48,211 bases of DNA from Chara braunii (taxonomy: Eukaryota; Plantae; Charophyceae), in assembly GCA_003427395.1 (NCBI GenBank), contig BFEA01000039.1, positions 1,575,774 through 1,623,984 on the forward strand, given 5' to 3'. The notes beneath the pieces were generated by a model. The model saw only the letters and a list, made by a program, of their open reading frames with translations. It was not told the origin of the DNA and did no database searches. Numbering within the stretch: the first letter of the stretch is position 1; each line of letters starts with the position of its first letter. Shown in pieces: positions 48,031 to 48,211 of this stretch. The position numbers and the translations under genes were made by a program.

Positions 48031-48211
48031 AATAGGACAGCTAATGCTGTTGGATGCAGGACTTCTTGTGTTAACCTTGCTGTGCTCTCACAATGGGGTT
48101 CATTTCGACGGGGTACATGGAAGGCAATACAAACACAGTTTGCAGGCGAGTCAGCATTATTATCAGAGGCACTAGCTCCTCATTAGTACCAGGGCTTGAG
48201 AGTGTAATCTG

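Overview
Eukaryotic, transposon-dense DNA with no recognisable host gene. A plant-type tRNA-Asp primer site suggests a green plant or streptophyte alga (inference only). The centre is an 18.9-kb minus-strand Ty3/Gypsy LTR retrotransposon (9195-28067). It has ~3.5-kb LTRs, a 4-bp TSD (CCGG), a tRNA-Asp PBS, a PPT and a decayed gag-PR-RT-RH-IN. It also carries a ~4.8-kb block of tightly packed unknown sense-strand ORFs between the PBS and gag, including three copies of an unrecognised ~115-aa domain. Each of its LTRs holds an 80-aa ORF with an Arg-rich patch and an LC8-type RSVGTQTD motif, next to an unreadable 800-N block at the same LTR offset. The element is nested in one of three 2.4-2.9-kb solo-LTR-like elements (3929-6808, 7443-28767, 33950-36698; TG...CA-type ends, 4-bp TSDs). 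These three have diverged middles but all encode the same ~43-aa block (VIxTxF...PWxAxAPxWPxTxCxxC), which points to an LTR-encoded gene. Also present: a ~1.2-kb tRNA-headed SINE with an 18-bp TSD, a second tRNA-like head, two fold-back MITE-like hairpins, several tandem arrays, and a decayed L1/Tx1-type LINE (39420-48030) with a very long ORF1 region.
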